Shown here: positions 1 through 8,867 of the stretch, one piece after another
Numbering within the stretch: position 1 is the stretch's first letter
Layout: every line of letters starts with the position of its first letter
Assembly (NCBI GenBank): GCA_038064915.1
Contig: JBBTSB010000010.1
Span: 19,809 to 83,808 of the forward strand
Direction: 5' to 3'
From: Patescibacteria group bacterium
GTDB lineage: Bacteria; Patescibacteriota; Minisyncoccia; 2-02-FULL-40-12; IGHO2-01-FULL-4-A
Length of the DNA stretch: 64,000 nt
The notes under the pieces: generated by a model
Databases searched by the model: none
Seen by the model: the letters and a program-made list of their open reading frames with translations, nothing else
Told to the model about the DNA's origin: nothing
Position numbers and translations under genes: made by a program

Positions 1-1
1 G

Positions 2-118
2 CTCAAGCTTTGGAAACGTCAGTGCTCAAAGTGCGGTAAAGATATAGAGACCAGCTACGCTCCCGAGCGAAAAGAAAATGTGTATTGTGAGAGTTGTTAT
101 CAACGCGAAGTGATGTAA
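2..118 (+). CDS. C-terminal fragment (5' truncated by window edge) of a third Cys-rich paralog (…NVYCESCYQREVM*)
   Basis: Translation of frame 2 gives LKLWKRQCSKCGKDIETSYAPERKENVYCESCYQREVM, colinear with the C-termini of ORFs 1212..2897 and 2873..4534 (…YCESCYQQEVA/…YCESCYQQEVI). Confidence 0.6.
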   Translation, partial: LKLWKRQCSKCGKDIETSYAPERKENVYCESCYQREVM

Positions 119-149
119 CCACATCTTTCACAGTTGCGTCTTAATAAGT

Positions 150-302
150 ATGCTTACCACCATTGCAATAATTTTGGTCGTGTTGTGGCTGTTAGGTTTT
201 GTGGGGTTCAATGCACTCGGAGGATTTATCCATATCTTGCTGGTGATTGCGATCATCATTTTCCTCATTCGCATCATCCAGGGCCGCAATCCGGTGGCAT
301 AA
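150..302 (+). CDS. small (50 aa) hydrophobic membrane protein, lmo0937-like family (MLTTIAIILVVLWLLGFVGF…HILLVIAIIIFLIRIIQGRNPVA)
   Basis: ATG at 150, stop TAA 300-302. Two predicted TM helices and the conserved GG…HILLVIAII motif of the lmo0937 small-membrane-protein family. Below the 60-aa cut-off of the ORF track. Confidence 0.55.
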   Translation: MLTTIAIILVVLWLLGFVGFNALGGFIHILLVIAIIIFLIRIIQGRNPVA

Positions 303-315
303 CCCAATCTAGCCT

Positions 316-338
316 CCCCTTTCATTAAGGGGAGGAAC
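316..338. terminator. stem-loop CCTCCCCTT-TCATT-AAGGGGAGG after the small membrane protein gene (no U-tract)
   Basis: perfect 9-bp inverted repeat seen in sequence. Confidence 0.3.
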
Positions 339-427
339 ATAAATTAAGGATCCACGCCGAGTGGGTGTCCCGGTGGGGCTCTTTTCGTTTGCAAATCTAC
401 CTGATATATTGCATCAATGGCCGTAAC

Positions 428-1219
428 ATGAAGAAAGGATTATTTATTCTCGTCACCGCAATTATTGTAATAGCAATTTTTTGGGTTGGTCATCCTCTAT
501 CCGATGAAATCCTTACTCCCACCCCCGACGATCCTCGAATTCCAAAGTATGAGCGTATCGAGTACGAGGGAAATGCATTTCATGTGGTGTATGTAAATTT
601 ACAAAAGCAAGATCTCAAGATGTACTACAAAAATCCCGCTGGACAAAGGTACGGTTCGATCAGTTCGTTGCAAACCGAACTCAAAAATCAGGGAGAAAAT
701 TTGGTGTTTGCAACCAATGGCGGCATCTATGCTGAAGATTTCTCGCCCCTGGGCCTGTATATAGAGGATGCCGAACAAATCTCTAAGCTCAATACTTCAA
801 AAGCAAGTACCGGCAATTTTTTTCTGCAACCAAACGGAGTATTTGAAATTTCCGGTGACACCCATAGCATACAAACTACAAGTGAATGGAAGGCAATGGA
901 TCGCCAGTCAGACTACGCAGTACAATCAGGACCGATGTTGGTGATTGACGGCGTCATTAACGCAAAATTTACTGCAAATTCGGAGAATAAACTTATAAGG
1001 AGCGGAGTGGGGAGTATTAGCAATTTCGAAATCGTTTTTGTCTTGAGTTCCGACCCCGTAAATTTCTATGAGTTTGCAAGTTTCTTTAAAGATCATCTAG
1101 GAGCTTCTCGGGCACTGTACCTCGATGGAACGATTTCAGATATGTATGTTGACGGGGTATACCTAGGGAATCTTCAAGGAGAGTATAGTACAATAATAGG
1201 AGTCACCATACATGAATAG
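428..1219 (+). CDS. phosphodiester glycosidase family protein (NAGPA-like, DUF2233), N-terminal TM anchor
   Basis: ORF 365..1219; the likely start is the internal ATG 428 (MKKGLFILVTAIIV… signal/anchor). The rest resembles the phosphodiester glycosidase domain. Confidence 0.5.
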   Translation: MKKGLFILVTAIIVIAIFWVGHPLSDEILTPTPDDPRIPKYERIEYEGNAFHVVYVNLQKQDLKMYYKNPAGQRYGSISSLQTELKNQGENLVFATNGGIYAEDFSPLGLYIEDAEQISKLNTSKASTGNFFLQPNGVFEISGDTHSIQTTSEWKAMDRQSDYAVQSGPMLVIDGVINAKFTANSENKLIRSGVGSISNFEIVFVLSSDPVNFYEFASFFKDHLGASRALYLDGTISDMYVDGVYLGNLQGEYSTIIGVTIHE

Positions 1220-2897
1220 CCAAACATGCCAGAATTGCAAGAATGATTTCATGATCGATCCCGAGGATTTTGATTTTTATGAAAAAATACAGGTACCGCC
1301 ACCCACCTTTTGCTGGCAGTGTCGTTTTCAGCGAAGATGCGCATATAGAAATGAGCGATCACTCAAAAAAGCAAAATCGGCAAAGTCAGGCCAGTATATT
1401 TTCACGTTGTATCCACCGAGCGCGGGACTGACGCTCTACTCGCAAGAAGAGTGGTACGGCGATGACTGGGACCAGATGGCAACCGGAAGAGACTATGACT
1501 TCTCCAGGCCGTTTTTCAACCAGCTCTTTGATCTTTTTAAAGTAGCGCCCATTTTTTGCCGCAATGTCGTCCAGGTGATCAACTCCGACTACTGTGCCAA
1601 CGCTTCGTATCTCAAAAACTGCTACCTCATGTTTCAGATCTCAAGTACGGAAGATAGCGCGTATGGCAATGCCGTAGATAATTCCAAAAATTGCTTCGAC
1701 AACTCTCACCTTTCCAAGTGCGAACGCAACCACATGTGCTTCATGAACCTCAACTGCTACCAGTGCTTTTACTCCTCGCAAAATACCGATTGTCATGGCA
1801 TGTGGTTTTCCAAAAACTGCCGCAACTCAAGCAACTGTGTGGGATGCGTGAACTTGGTAGGCAAGTCGTACTGCTTGTTCAATGAACAGTACACTAAAGA
1901 AGAGTATGCAAAGAAAGTGGCCGAGATGAAACTCAATACATGGAGTGGTTTGCAAGAACAACTCAAAAAATCCCGCGCATTTTGGCTCCAGTTTCCGAAC
2001 AAATTCATGCAGGGGATGAAAAATGAAAATGTGACAGGGGAGTATTTGTTTAATTGCAAAAACGTCCACTCCAGCTACCTGGTGCGCGAGAGTCGTGACA
2101 TGAAGTACGTCCAGTACCAGGCCATTCCCAAAAATGAAGACTGCTACGATATCACCATGTGGGGAGAAAACAACCAGCTCTGCTATGAAGTCATTGGTTC
2201 CGGGATGGCGAATGGTCTCAAATTCAGTACCGAGTGCTATGAAAATATTCGCGATGTGGAGTACTCCATGTCGTGTGTGTCGTGTCAGGATTGTTTTGGA
2301 TGCGTGGGCTTGCGTAAGAAGCAATACTGTATTTTGAATAAGCAATATTCAAAAGAAGAATACGAAGCACTCGTGCCCAAAATCAAAAAACATATGAATG
2401 ACATGCCGTACATAGATAAGGACGGTCGAGTGTACAAGTACGGTGAATTTTTTCCGATAGAACTTTCACCCTACGGAGCCAATTCTGACATCATGCAGGA
2501 TCACTTTGATCTTTCAAAAGAAGAAGCACTCAAGCAGGGATACACGTGGACGGAGACGGACAAAAAAGAATACGAATCTACTATGGATGCATCACAACTT
2601 CCCGATAGTATTGATGACGTCCAAGACGAAATTACAAAAGAACTCATCGCCTGCGTAGAATGCAAAAAGGCATATCGTATTATTGAAAAGGAACTCGGCT
2701 TTTATCAGACCGAAAAACTTCCCCTCCCGCGCACGTGCCTCAACTGCCGTCACAAACACCGCATTGCTCAGCGCAACCGCACGATGCTCTACGACCGCAC
2801 CTGTGCAAAATGCGGGGCTGCAATCGTGACTGCATATAGCCCTGAGCGAAAAGAAATTATATACTGTGAGTCATGTTACCAACAAGAAGTTGCATAA
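1212..2897 (+). CDS. Cys-rich repeat protein, paralog A (561 aa). N- and C-terminal zinc-ribbon-like CxxC…CxxC modules with an FYE…VPPPTFC…CR.QRR signature; internal duplicated CxxCxxCxxC modules each ending …N(E/K)QY(T/S)KEEY
   Basis: Long ORF with ATGA overlap to the upstream gene; about 40 Cys in regular spacing. Confidence 0.7.
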   Translation: MNSQTCQNCKNDFMIDPEDFDFYEKIQVPPPTFCWQCRFQRRCAYRNERSLKKAKSAKSGQYIFTLYPPSAGLTLYSQEEWYGDDWDQMATGRDYDFSRPFFNQLFDLFKVAPIFCRNVVQVINSDYCANASYLKNCYLMFQISSTEDSAYGNAVDNSKNCFDNSHLSKCERNHMCFMNLNCYQCFYSSQNTDCHGMWFSKNCRNSSNCVGCVNLVGKSYCLFNEQYTKEEYAKKVAEMKLNTWSGLQEQLKKSRAFWLQFPNKFMQGMKNENVTGEYLFNCKNVHSSYLVRESRDMKYVQYQAIPKNEDCYDITMWGENNQLCYEVIGSGMANGLKFSTECYENIRDVEYSMSCVSCQDCFGCVGLRKKQYCILNKQYSKEEYEALVPKIKKHMNDMPYIDKDGRVYKYGEFFPIELSPYGANSDIMQDHFDLSKEEALKQGYTWTETDKKEYESTMDASQLPDSIDDVQDEITKELIACVECKKAYRIIEKELGFYQTEKLPLPRTCLNCRHKHRIAQRNRTMLYDRTCAKCGAAIVTAYSPERKEIIYCESCYQQEVA

Positions 2898-4534
2898 ATT
2901 GCAAAAAAGACTTTACGATCGAACCCGATGACACGGCGTTCTATGAGTTGATGCAGGTGCCACCGCCGACGTTTTGTCCAGACTGCCGTCTTCAGCGCCG
3001 GTTGGCATTTCGGAATGACCGGTCTTTGTATAAAATCAAATGCGCTTTGTGCCGCCAAGATACGTTTTCTACAGCTCCACAAGGAGAACCTGACACCATC
3101 TACTGTCTTGAGTGTTGGAGTTCGGATTCTTGGGATGGCACGACCTATGGGCGGGAGTATGATTTTTCAAGACCGTTTTTTGAACAAATGAAGGAATTAT
3201 TTCACACCGTTCCTACACGCGCCCGTTTTGCGCTTCCCGGTACGCTCACGAACTCTGACTATACCAACCTGGTGAGTTATCTCAAAAACTGCTACCTCAT
3301 CTACAACTCTGACTACAACGAATACTGTATGTACGGCAGTGAGATAGAATCAAGCAAGGATTGCATCGACTGCACGATGGTGGACACGTGCGAGTCCTGC
3401 TATGGTTGTGTAAATTGCCAGAAATGTTATCGGGCATTTTTTTCGGTTGATTGTGAGGCATCGAGTGATATTTGGTTTTCAAAAAATCTTTCCGGCTGCC
3501 AAAGCTGTTTCGGCTGTATGAATTTACGCAACAAAAACTACTATATCTTCAACGAGCCCCATACAAAAGAAGACTATGCAAAAAAAGTCGAAGAATTAAA
3601 AAAGGATTTTAATCTCGAAAAGGCAAAGGAGTTTTGGCTCAAATATCCCGTCAAATACATTCACGGCCGGCAAAACACGAATGTTTCCGGCGACTATATC
3701 AATAATTCCAAGGATGTTCGCAACACCTACATTGCGAAAGAAGCTCAAAATATCAAGTACGGAATGTGGGTTTTGGTGCCGCCGGCCAAAGACTGCTGGG
3801 ACTATACGGAGTGGGGAGATGGCGCGGAAAAAATTTACGAAGGCGTGACCGTCGGGAGCCATGCGAGTAATGTCATGTTCAGTCAGATGGTCATGATATC
3901 GTCATCTCATGTACAATACAGCTTGAATTCCATTAGCGTGAAAGACTGTTTTGGTTGTGTTGGCTTGAAAAGCAAACAGTACTGCATCCTCAACAAGCAA
4001 TACGACAAAGAGTCCTTCGACAAGCTCAGGACACGCATCATTGCGCAAATGCGCAATGATGGTGAATACGGGGAGTTTTTCCCCATCACTATGAGTCCGT
4101 TTCCGTACAACGAAACCAATGCGCAAGAATACTTTCCTCTCACCAAAGAACAGGCGCTCGCAAAAGGGTATCGATGGAAGGATCTCGAGGAAAAAGCCTA
4201 CGTGCCCACGAAGAAATGGAATGAGGCATACGGGCTGGACGATATTGTCCTCTGTAGAGCGTGGGAGGAAGATAGCAAGAAGGCCCAGGAACATAAATGC
4301 ACGAAGGCATTTAAGATGACGAAACAGGAGCTCGAGTTTTATGAACGTTTTGGAATTGCATTGCCACAGTACTGTCCCAATAGCCGGTACTTCGAGCGCA
4401 GTAAATTCCGTAATCCTCTGAAGCTCTGGCATCGCAATTGCGCAAAATGCAACAAAGACATCGAAACTTCGTATTCTCCCGATCGGCCGGAGACTGTGTA
4501 TTGCGAATCTTGCTATCAGCAAGAAGTGATATAA
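2873..4534 (+). CDS. Cys-rich repeat protein, paralog B (553 aa), homologous to 1212..2897
   Basis: The same motif order is conserved with paralog A; the start overlaps paralog A by 25 nt. Confidence 0.7.
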   Translation: MLPTRSCINCKKDFTIEPDDTAFYELMQVPPPTFCPDCRLQRRLAFRNDRSLYKIKCALCRQDTFSTAPQGEPDTIYCLECWSSDSWDGTTYGREYDFSRPFFEQMKELFHTVPTRARFALPGTLTNSDYTNLVSYLKNCYLIYNSDYNEYCMYGSEIESSKDCIDCTMVDTCESCYGCVNCQKCYRAFFSVDCEASSDIWFSKNLSGCQSCFGCMNLRNKNYYIFNEPHTKEDYAKKVEELKKDFNLEKAKEFWLKYPVKYIHGRQNTNVSGDYINNSKDVRNTYIAKEAQNIKYGMWVLVPPAKDCWDYTEWGDGAEKIYEGVTVGSHASNVMFSQMVMISSSHVQYSLNSISVKDCFGCVGLKSKQYCILNKQYDKESFDKLRTRIIAQMRNDGEYGEFFPITMSPFPYNETNAQEYFPLTKEQALAKGYRWKDLEEKAYVPTKKWNEAYGLDDIVLCRAWEEDSKKAQEHKCTKAFKMTKQELEFYERFGIALPQYCPNSRYFERSKFRNPLKLWHRNCAKCNKDIETSYSPDRPETVYCESCYQQEVI

Positions 4535-4537
4535 TCT

Positions 4538-5401
4538 TTGGGTATGGGTTTTGAATTACGGCTAAGGCAAAAATCGGAGCTAGATCTTAGACTCGAACAA
4601 AAGTTTGGCGATTTTGAACGTGACCTTTGGGATACAGCAGAATTCCAGGATATTGATATCGAAAATCCCAAGAACGCTTATCATCGCGACATGCTTCAGG
4701 CAATTCTCTTGCGTTCTCCAGAAACGGGGACTTCTCTCATTGGACAAATTCTTCGCGAGCAAGAGGATTTGCGGGAGGAAGATATCGATAAGATTATCGT
4801 TGAAAGTTTTCAATTTGATGATATTGATCTTGATTTAGGGACGAAACGCAATGTTGATCGTGTGGTGCTCGTGTGTAAAGATATGAGAACGTTAACTATG
4901 ACGGTAAGTATTGATAAAGCTCGCGTTGAAAATATCTATGACAGCCCAACAATGCAAGAGACAAACACTATTCAAGAAATCAAGGACCCTTTGCTCACTT
5001 GGGCGGTTCAAAAGTGGTATGGGACCACAGTCGTAAAAGATGGAAAGGGCATCCGTGCTGTTATTTGTAAAGAATATGTACCGGGGACTATTCTCAATGC
5101 GCTTACGTTAGATTTGGAAGTTGCAGAGATGGAATACGGCGAGCAATTTATTCGCCAAGTTGCCTATGCCGTTGGTAAAATGATCGCCAACGTCCGTGCA
5201 GGCTTTGATGGTATACCCATTGACTCGAATCCTTTTAATATTATTATCGATACAAAAGATGACGGTAATATAACTGCACGATACTGTGACGTTGAACGTA
5301 TTCTCACGGAACCACAAGAAATGAATCGCGAGATCTCCTTGATTAAAAAGGAATTTGGAAAATATGCAGAAGAAGTGGAGCGTGGAATAAAGGAGGGCTA
5401 G
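4538..5401 (+). CDS. hypothetical acidic protein (287 aa)
   Basis: Long ORF with native-like AT-rich codon usage; no recognisable family. Confidence 0.5.
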   Translation: MGMGFELRLRQKSELDLRLEQKFGDFERDLWDTAEFQDIDIENPKNAYHRDMLQAILLRSPETGTSLIGQILREQEDLREEDIDKIIVESFQFDDIDLDLGTKRNVDRVVLVCKDMRTLTMTVSIDKARVENIYDSPTMQETNTIQEIKDPLLTWAVQKWYGTTVVKDGKGIRAVICKEYVPGTILNALTLDLEVAEMEYGEQFIRQVAYAVGKMIANVRAGFDGIPIDSNPFNIIIDTKDDGNITARYCDVERILTEPQEMNREISLIKKEFGKYAEEVERGIKEG

Positions 5402-5472
5402 CCCAAACGAAAAGGCCTCACGCGAGTGAGACCTATGGATCACCTCCTTTCAGGGGTGAAGCGGTTGTGGAA

Positions 5473-6417
5473 CTAGTTGAAGTAGGAGAGGGCGTCTGCG
5501 AAGTTCATGCGATTCTCGCCCTTTCCGAAGTTGTCGAGGCAGCCGGCCTTTGCGAGCTCGCTTCCCCCGCCGCCGGTATTGGCGACGAAGACGGCCTTGC
5601 AGCCCCGCGCCTTGATGACCAGCACGAGATCAGAACCGTTGATGCCGCGCAGACCCTGGTCCATTAGGATGATGTCGGGGCTCATAGCCATGATGGCGTC
5701 TGCGACCCGTGCCAGTTCTGCATCCTTGGCTTCGCCTTCCAGTCCTGGGTACGCATGTTCCGTGTACTGGTGGAAGAACTGGAAATTGATGTTCGGAATT
5801 CCTACCAGCGCGAGGGCGGAACGCAGCATCTCCCGCAGGTCGTCATCGACGATGAGGACGCTGAGCTCACGAGCCAGCTCCTTGGAGGAGATGGGCTTCT
5901 TGAGCTCGAGTTCCGCGTACTTGGGACGTATGGGATCCAGCCCCAAGCCGGTGAGCTTATCGTTGAGCACTGCGATGATCTGCGGCCTCTCGATGCGATC
6001 GAACGCTCCCCTGTCGGCGAGGAGGACGAAGGTATTCGCGATGGTGAGAATCTCCTGCGCCTCCTTCTCGTCCCTGCCGTCAAGAGCATCCAAGAGCTCG
6101 GAACGAAGCTCGGCGGCGAGTGTACGTTCCCGTTCGCGCTGCTTCTCGTCGTATATGCGCGGCAGATTTCTCTGCCAGAGCGTGGGTTCGAGCGGCGGCA
6201 CCGGAACGTCGCTTTTGGCGAGCACCGTGCAAAACATGGTGAACGCCTTCTCCCGGGTGTCGCCGTGGTGCTGCTCCTTGAGCAGCTTGCCCTCGCCGTC
6301 CACGATCCGGAAGAGGTCGTGGTCCAGAAAATAAGCCAGGTGGGCCGCGTAGACGAACATCCCGGTGAGCTTGAGCTTCTCGATGAACTCCATCACGATC
6401 CGCGTGTACGTGGTCAT
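5473..6417 (-). CDS. response-regulator receiver (REC) domain protein with unknown N-terminal domain; GC-rich (~60%)
   Basis: C-terminal half carries the REC signature (LIVDDD…, …DIILMD…, conserved T/K). AAGGAGGG SD directly upstream of the ATG. GC content is far above its neighbours. Confidence 0.6.
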   Translation of the reverse strand: MTTYTRIVMEFIEKLKLTGMFVYAAHLAYFLDHDLFRIVDGEGKLLKEQHHGDTREKAFTMFCTVLAKSDVPVPPLEPTLWQRNLPRIYDEKQRERERTLAAELRSELLDALDGRDEKEAQEILTIANTFVLLADRGAFDRIERPQIIAVLNDKLTGLGLDPIRPKYAELELKKPISSKELARELSVLIVDDDLREMLRSALALVGIPNINFQFFHQYTEHAYPGLEGEAKDAELARVADAIMAMSPDIILMDQGLRGINGSDLVLVIKARGCKAVFVANTGGGGSELAKAGCLDNFGKGENRMNFADALSYFN

Positions 6418-6549
6418 GTCGCCCTCCTTGGCGTTAGGTAGAATGGGGTTGGAAAACGAAAGCTTCGGCTTTAGCCTATGTATATTATATCATAATTATA
6501 TGCTCATAGTCAAGCAGTTTTTTGGACTAAAAAATGCTACTTTTCAAAG

Positions 6550-7317
6550 GTGACTATTCTTCATGCAATTATTCTCGGTATCGTCGAAGGCATCACAGAA
6601 TATCTGCCGATTTCGTCTACGGCGCATTTGGTGCTTGCCTCTGATGTGCTCAAGCTCACGCAGACGGAATTTTTGAAGAGTTTTGAAGTCATCATCCAAT
6701 CCGGCGCGATCTTGGCGGTACTCGTTCTCTACTGGCGAAAATTTTTCGATGTTGAGCTTCTCAAGCGACTCGTCGTGGCATTTATTCCTGCAGGCATCAT
6801 TGGCTACGGCCTTTACTCGCTGATTAAATCCACACTCATCGGCAACACGTCACTGACACTTTGGGTGTTAGGTGTTGGCGGGTTAGCTTTGATTTTGTTT
6901 GAGAAATACTATTTCAAAAATCGTGCATTCCAAATCACCGAGTTGTCGCAAATGAGCTATTCGACGTGTTTCAAAATCGGCATCTGTCAGGCACTCTCGG
7001 TGGTACCGGGCGTGTCACGCGCTGCGGCTACTATTGTGGGCGGTATGACACTGGGTGTGAGCAGATCGGTGATCGTGGAGTTTTCATTTTTGTTGGCTGT
7101 GCCAACACTCGTGGCCGCAACAGCACTGGATATCTTCAAAAATCCCTCCGTATTTGAGTCAGGAAATTTTGGATTACTGGCTGTGGGCTTTGTCATATCA
7201 TTTATAACCGCAATTATTGCCATCACATGGCTCCTGCGCTACATCAAGGGCCATACGTTTACGGCATTTGGATGGTATCGAATCATCATTGCAATGCTGG
7301 GAGCGATCTTGCTATGA
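6550..7317 (+). CDS. uppP: undecaprenyl-diphosphate phosphatase
   Basis: GTG start; [13 protein letters not shown] UppP/BacA signature; multi-TM. Confidence 0.9.
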   Translation: MTILHAIILGIVEGITEYLPISSTAHLVLASDVLKLTQTEFLKSFEVIIQSGAILAVLVLYWRKFFDVELLKRLVVAFIPAGIIGYGLYSLIKSTLIGNTSLTLWVLGVGGLALILFEKYYFKNRAFQITELSQMSYSTCFKIGICQALSVVPGVSRAAATIVGGMTLGVSRSVIVEFSFLLAVPTLVAATALDIFKNPSVFESGNFGLLAVGFVISFITAIIAITWLLRYIKGHTFTAFGWYRIIIAMLGAILL

Positions 7318-7324
7318 TGGCTTT

Positions 7325-8374
7325 ATGGCAAAATTTAAAAAGGACAAAGACGAGGATAAAAAAGAGACTGGAAAGACGCAAGGGGATGGCTCGAGCAAGG
7401 CCGTAGATCTTGCGATCAAAGAAATCCAAGAAAAATACGGCGAGGGGAGTGTGATGAAGCTTGGCGATGCGCGCAAAGTAGATGTTGATGTGATTCCTAC
7501 CGGTTCGATTTCTATAGACTTGGCATTGGGAGTCGGAGGAATACCGAGAGGAAGAGTCACGGAAATCTATGGTCCGGAATCCAGCGGCAAAACCACGCTC
7601 TGTCTCCACCTGGTAGCTGAAATGCAGAAAAAGGGTGGCGTCTGCGCCTACGTGGATGCCGAGCATGCGCTTGATCCCGAATATGCAAAACGGATTGGGG
7701 TCAAAACCAATGATCTTTTGATATCTCAACCGGATACCGGAGAGCAGGCGCTCGAGATTGTCGAGACTCTCGTGCGCTCCGGCGGAATAGCACTAGTTGT
7801 CGTAGATTCTGTTGCGGCTTTGACTCCCCGTGCGGAAATCGAGGGTGAGATGGATCAGCAACACATGGGACTGCAGGCGCGCCTCATGAGTCATGCCTTG
7901 CGCAAACTGACCGGCATCATTTCCAAAACAAACACGACCGTGATTTTTATCAACCAGATTCGCCAGAAGATCGGCATCATGTTTGGCAACCCAGAAACGA
8001 CAACCGGCGGATTGGCACTGAAATTTTATGCATCCGTGCGTATCGAAATCCGCCGTGCCGCGCAGATTCAATCAGGCGAAAAAATAGTAGGCAATCGAGT
8101 GAAGGTGAAAATCGTCAAAAACAAAGTTGCCGCACCTTTCCGCACAGCAGAGTTTGATATTATGTACAACGAAGGCATCAGCCGTGTGGGAGACCTCATC
8201 AACACGGGAGTGGCACTGGAAGTCGTCAGTAAGTCGGGCTCCTGGTACAATTACGGTGACGTGAAGCTTGGCCAAGGCACGGAAGGTGCCAAAGCATTTT
8301 TGAAAGAAAATCCCAAAGTAGAAAAAGAAATTTTGGACGCTATCAAAAAAGCCGCCGCAGTACGAGAACTCTAG
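7325..8374 (+). CDS. recA: recombinase RecA
   Basis: GPESSGKTT Walker A and RecA loops; start MAKFKK at ATG 7325, in frame with ORF 7217..8374. Confidence 0.95.
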   Translation: MAKFKKDKDEDKKETGKTQGDGSSKAVDLAIKEIQEKYGEGSVMKLGDARKVDVDVIPTGSISIDLALGVGGIPRGRVTEIYGPESSGKTTLCLHLVAEMQKKGGVCAYVDAEHALDPEYAKRIGVKTNDLLISQPDTGEQALEIVETLVRSGGIALVVVDSVAALTPRAEIEGEMDQQHMGLQARLMSHALRKLTGIISKTNTTVIFINQIRQKIGIMFGNPETTTGGLALKFYASVRIEIRRAAQIQSGEKIVGNRVKVKIVKNKVAAPFRTAEFDIMYNEGISRVGDLINTGVALEVVSKSGSWYNYGDVKLGQGTEGAKAFLKENPKVEKEILDAIKKAAAVREL

Positions 8375-8530
8375 AGCATAACAAGTCATACTGACGCTGG
8401 AGGTGAAATAAGAAAAAAACGACCACTTCTCGGCTGGTCGTTAGGAAAAATACCTCAGGAAGACAGTGGACGGATGCCTTCCATAGTTGTAGCCATCCCC
8501 GCAAAGCGGGGCCGTCAGCTTGGTGAAGAG

Positions 8531-8749
8531 CTACTGGTCCTGGGGGAGGTCGTGATCCGGCACCTCGTCGAACGAAGCCAGGTACCGGAGGCCGAAGATC
8601 TCGCGCAGGGTGTTGTAAGCTCCCAGCGCGTGACCGGCGTTGAAGGAAACCCTGGGGTCGTCGTGTACATGAAGGCGATTATCCTGCGCCTCCTTCCACG
8701 CTCGACGCGCGGCCTCCAGCATCTTCCGAAAATCCTTCTCGATTTTCAT
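8531..8749 (-). CDS. small GC-rich hypothetical protein (72 aa)
   Basis: AGGAGGG SD 5 nt upstream of the ATG. A hairpin with T-run lies on the minus strand downstream (~8420-8450). This is preferred over the overlapping plus-strand ORF 8474..8818. Confidence 0.45.
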   Translation of the reverse strand: MKIEKDFRKMLEAARRAWKEAQDNRLHVHDDPRVSFNAGHALGAYNTLREIFGLRYLASFDEVPDHDLPQDQ

Positions 8750-8820
8750 CGGACCCTCCTAATCAATATTAAAACACACATCCAAATAAAAAACAAGCCC
8801 AAAGAGGGGCTGTTTTGATT

Positions 8821-8845
8821 TCAAATAAGTCTACTTCTTTCTCGT
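8821..8845. repeat. 25-bp direct repeat (left copy) TCAAATAAGTCTACTTCTTTCTCGT
   Basis: Identical to 10178..10202, which spans the rpsR stop codon and 3' end. Confidence 0.7.
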
Positions 8846-8867
8846 CTGACCTTTTGGTGCGCAGTCG

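Noticed and set aside
128-340. ORF-track entries 128..340 (-) and 134..328 (+)
   Set aside because: Both are superseded by the 50-aa lmo0937-like membrane protein at 150..302 in a third frame, which has a recognisable family signature.
5467-6441. Plus-strand ORFs (5467..5667, 5507..6334, 5755..6441) antisense to the response-regulator gene
   Set aside because: They are high-GC antisense artefacts. The minus-strand product has a clear REC domain.
8474-8818. Plus-strand 114-aa ORF overlapping 8531..8749
   Set aside because: It has no SD and is the mirror frame of a GC-rich region. The minus-strand ORF has a perfect SD and a downstream terminator.
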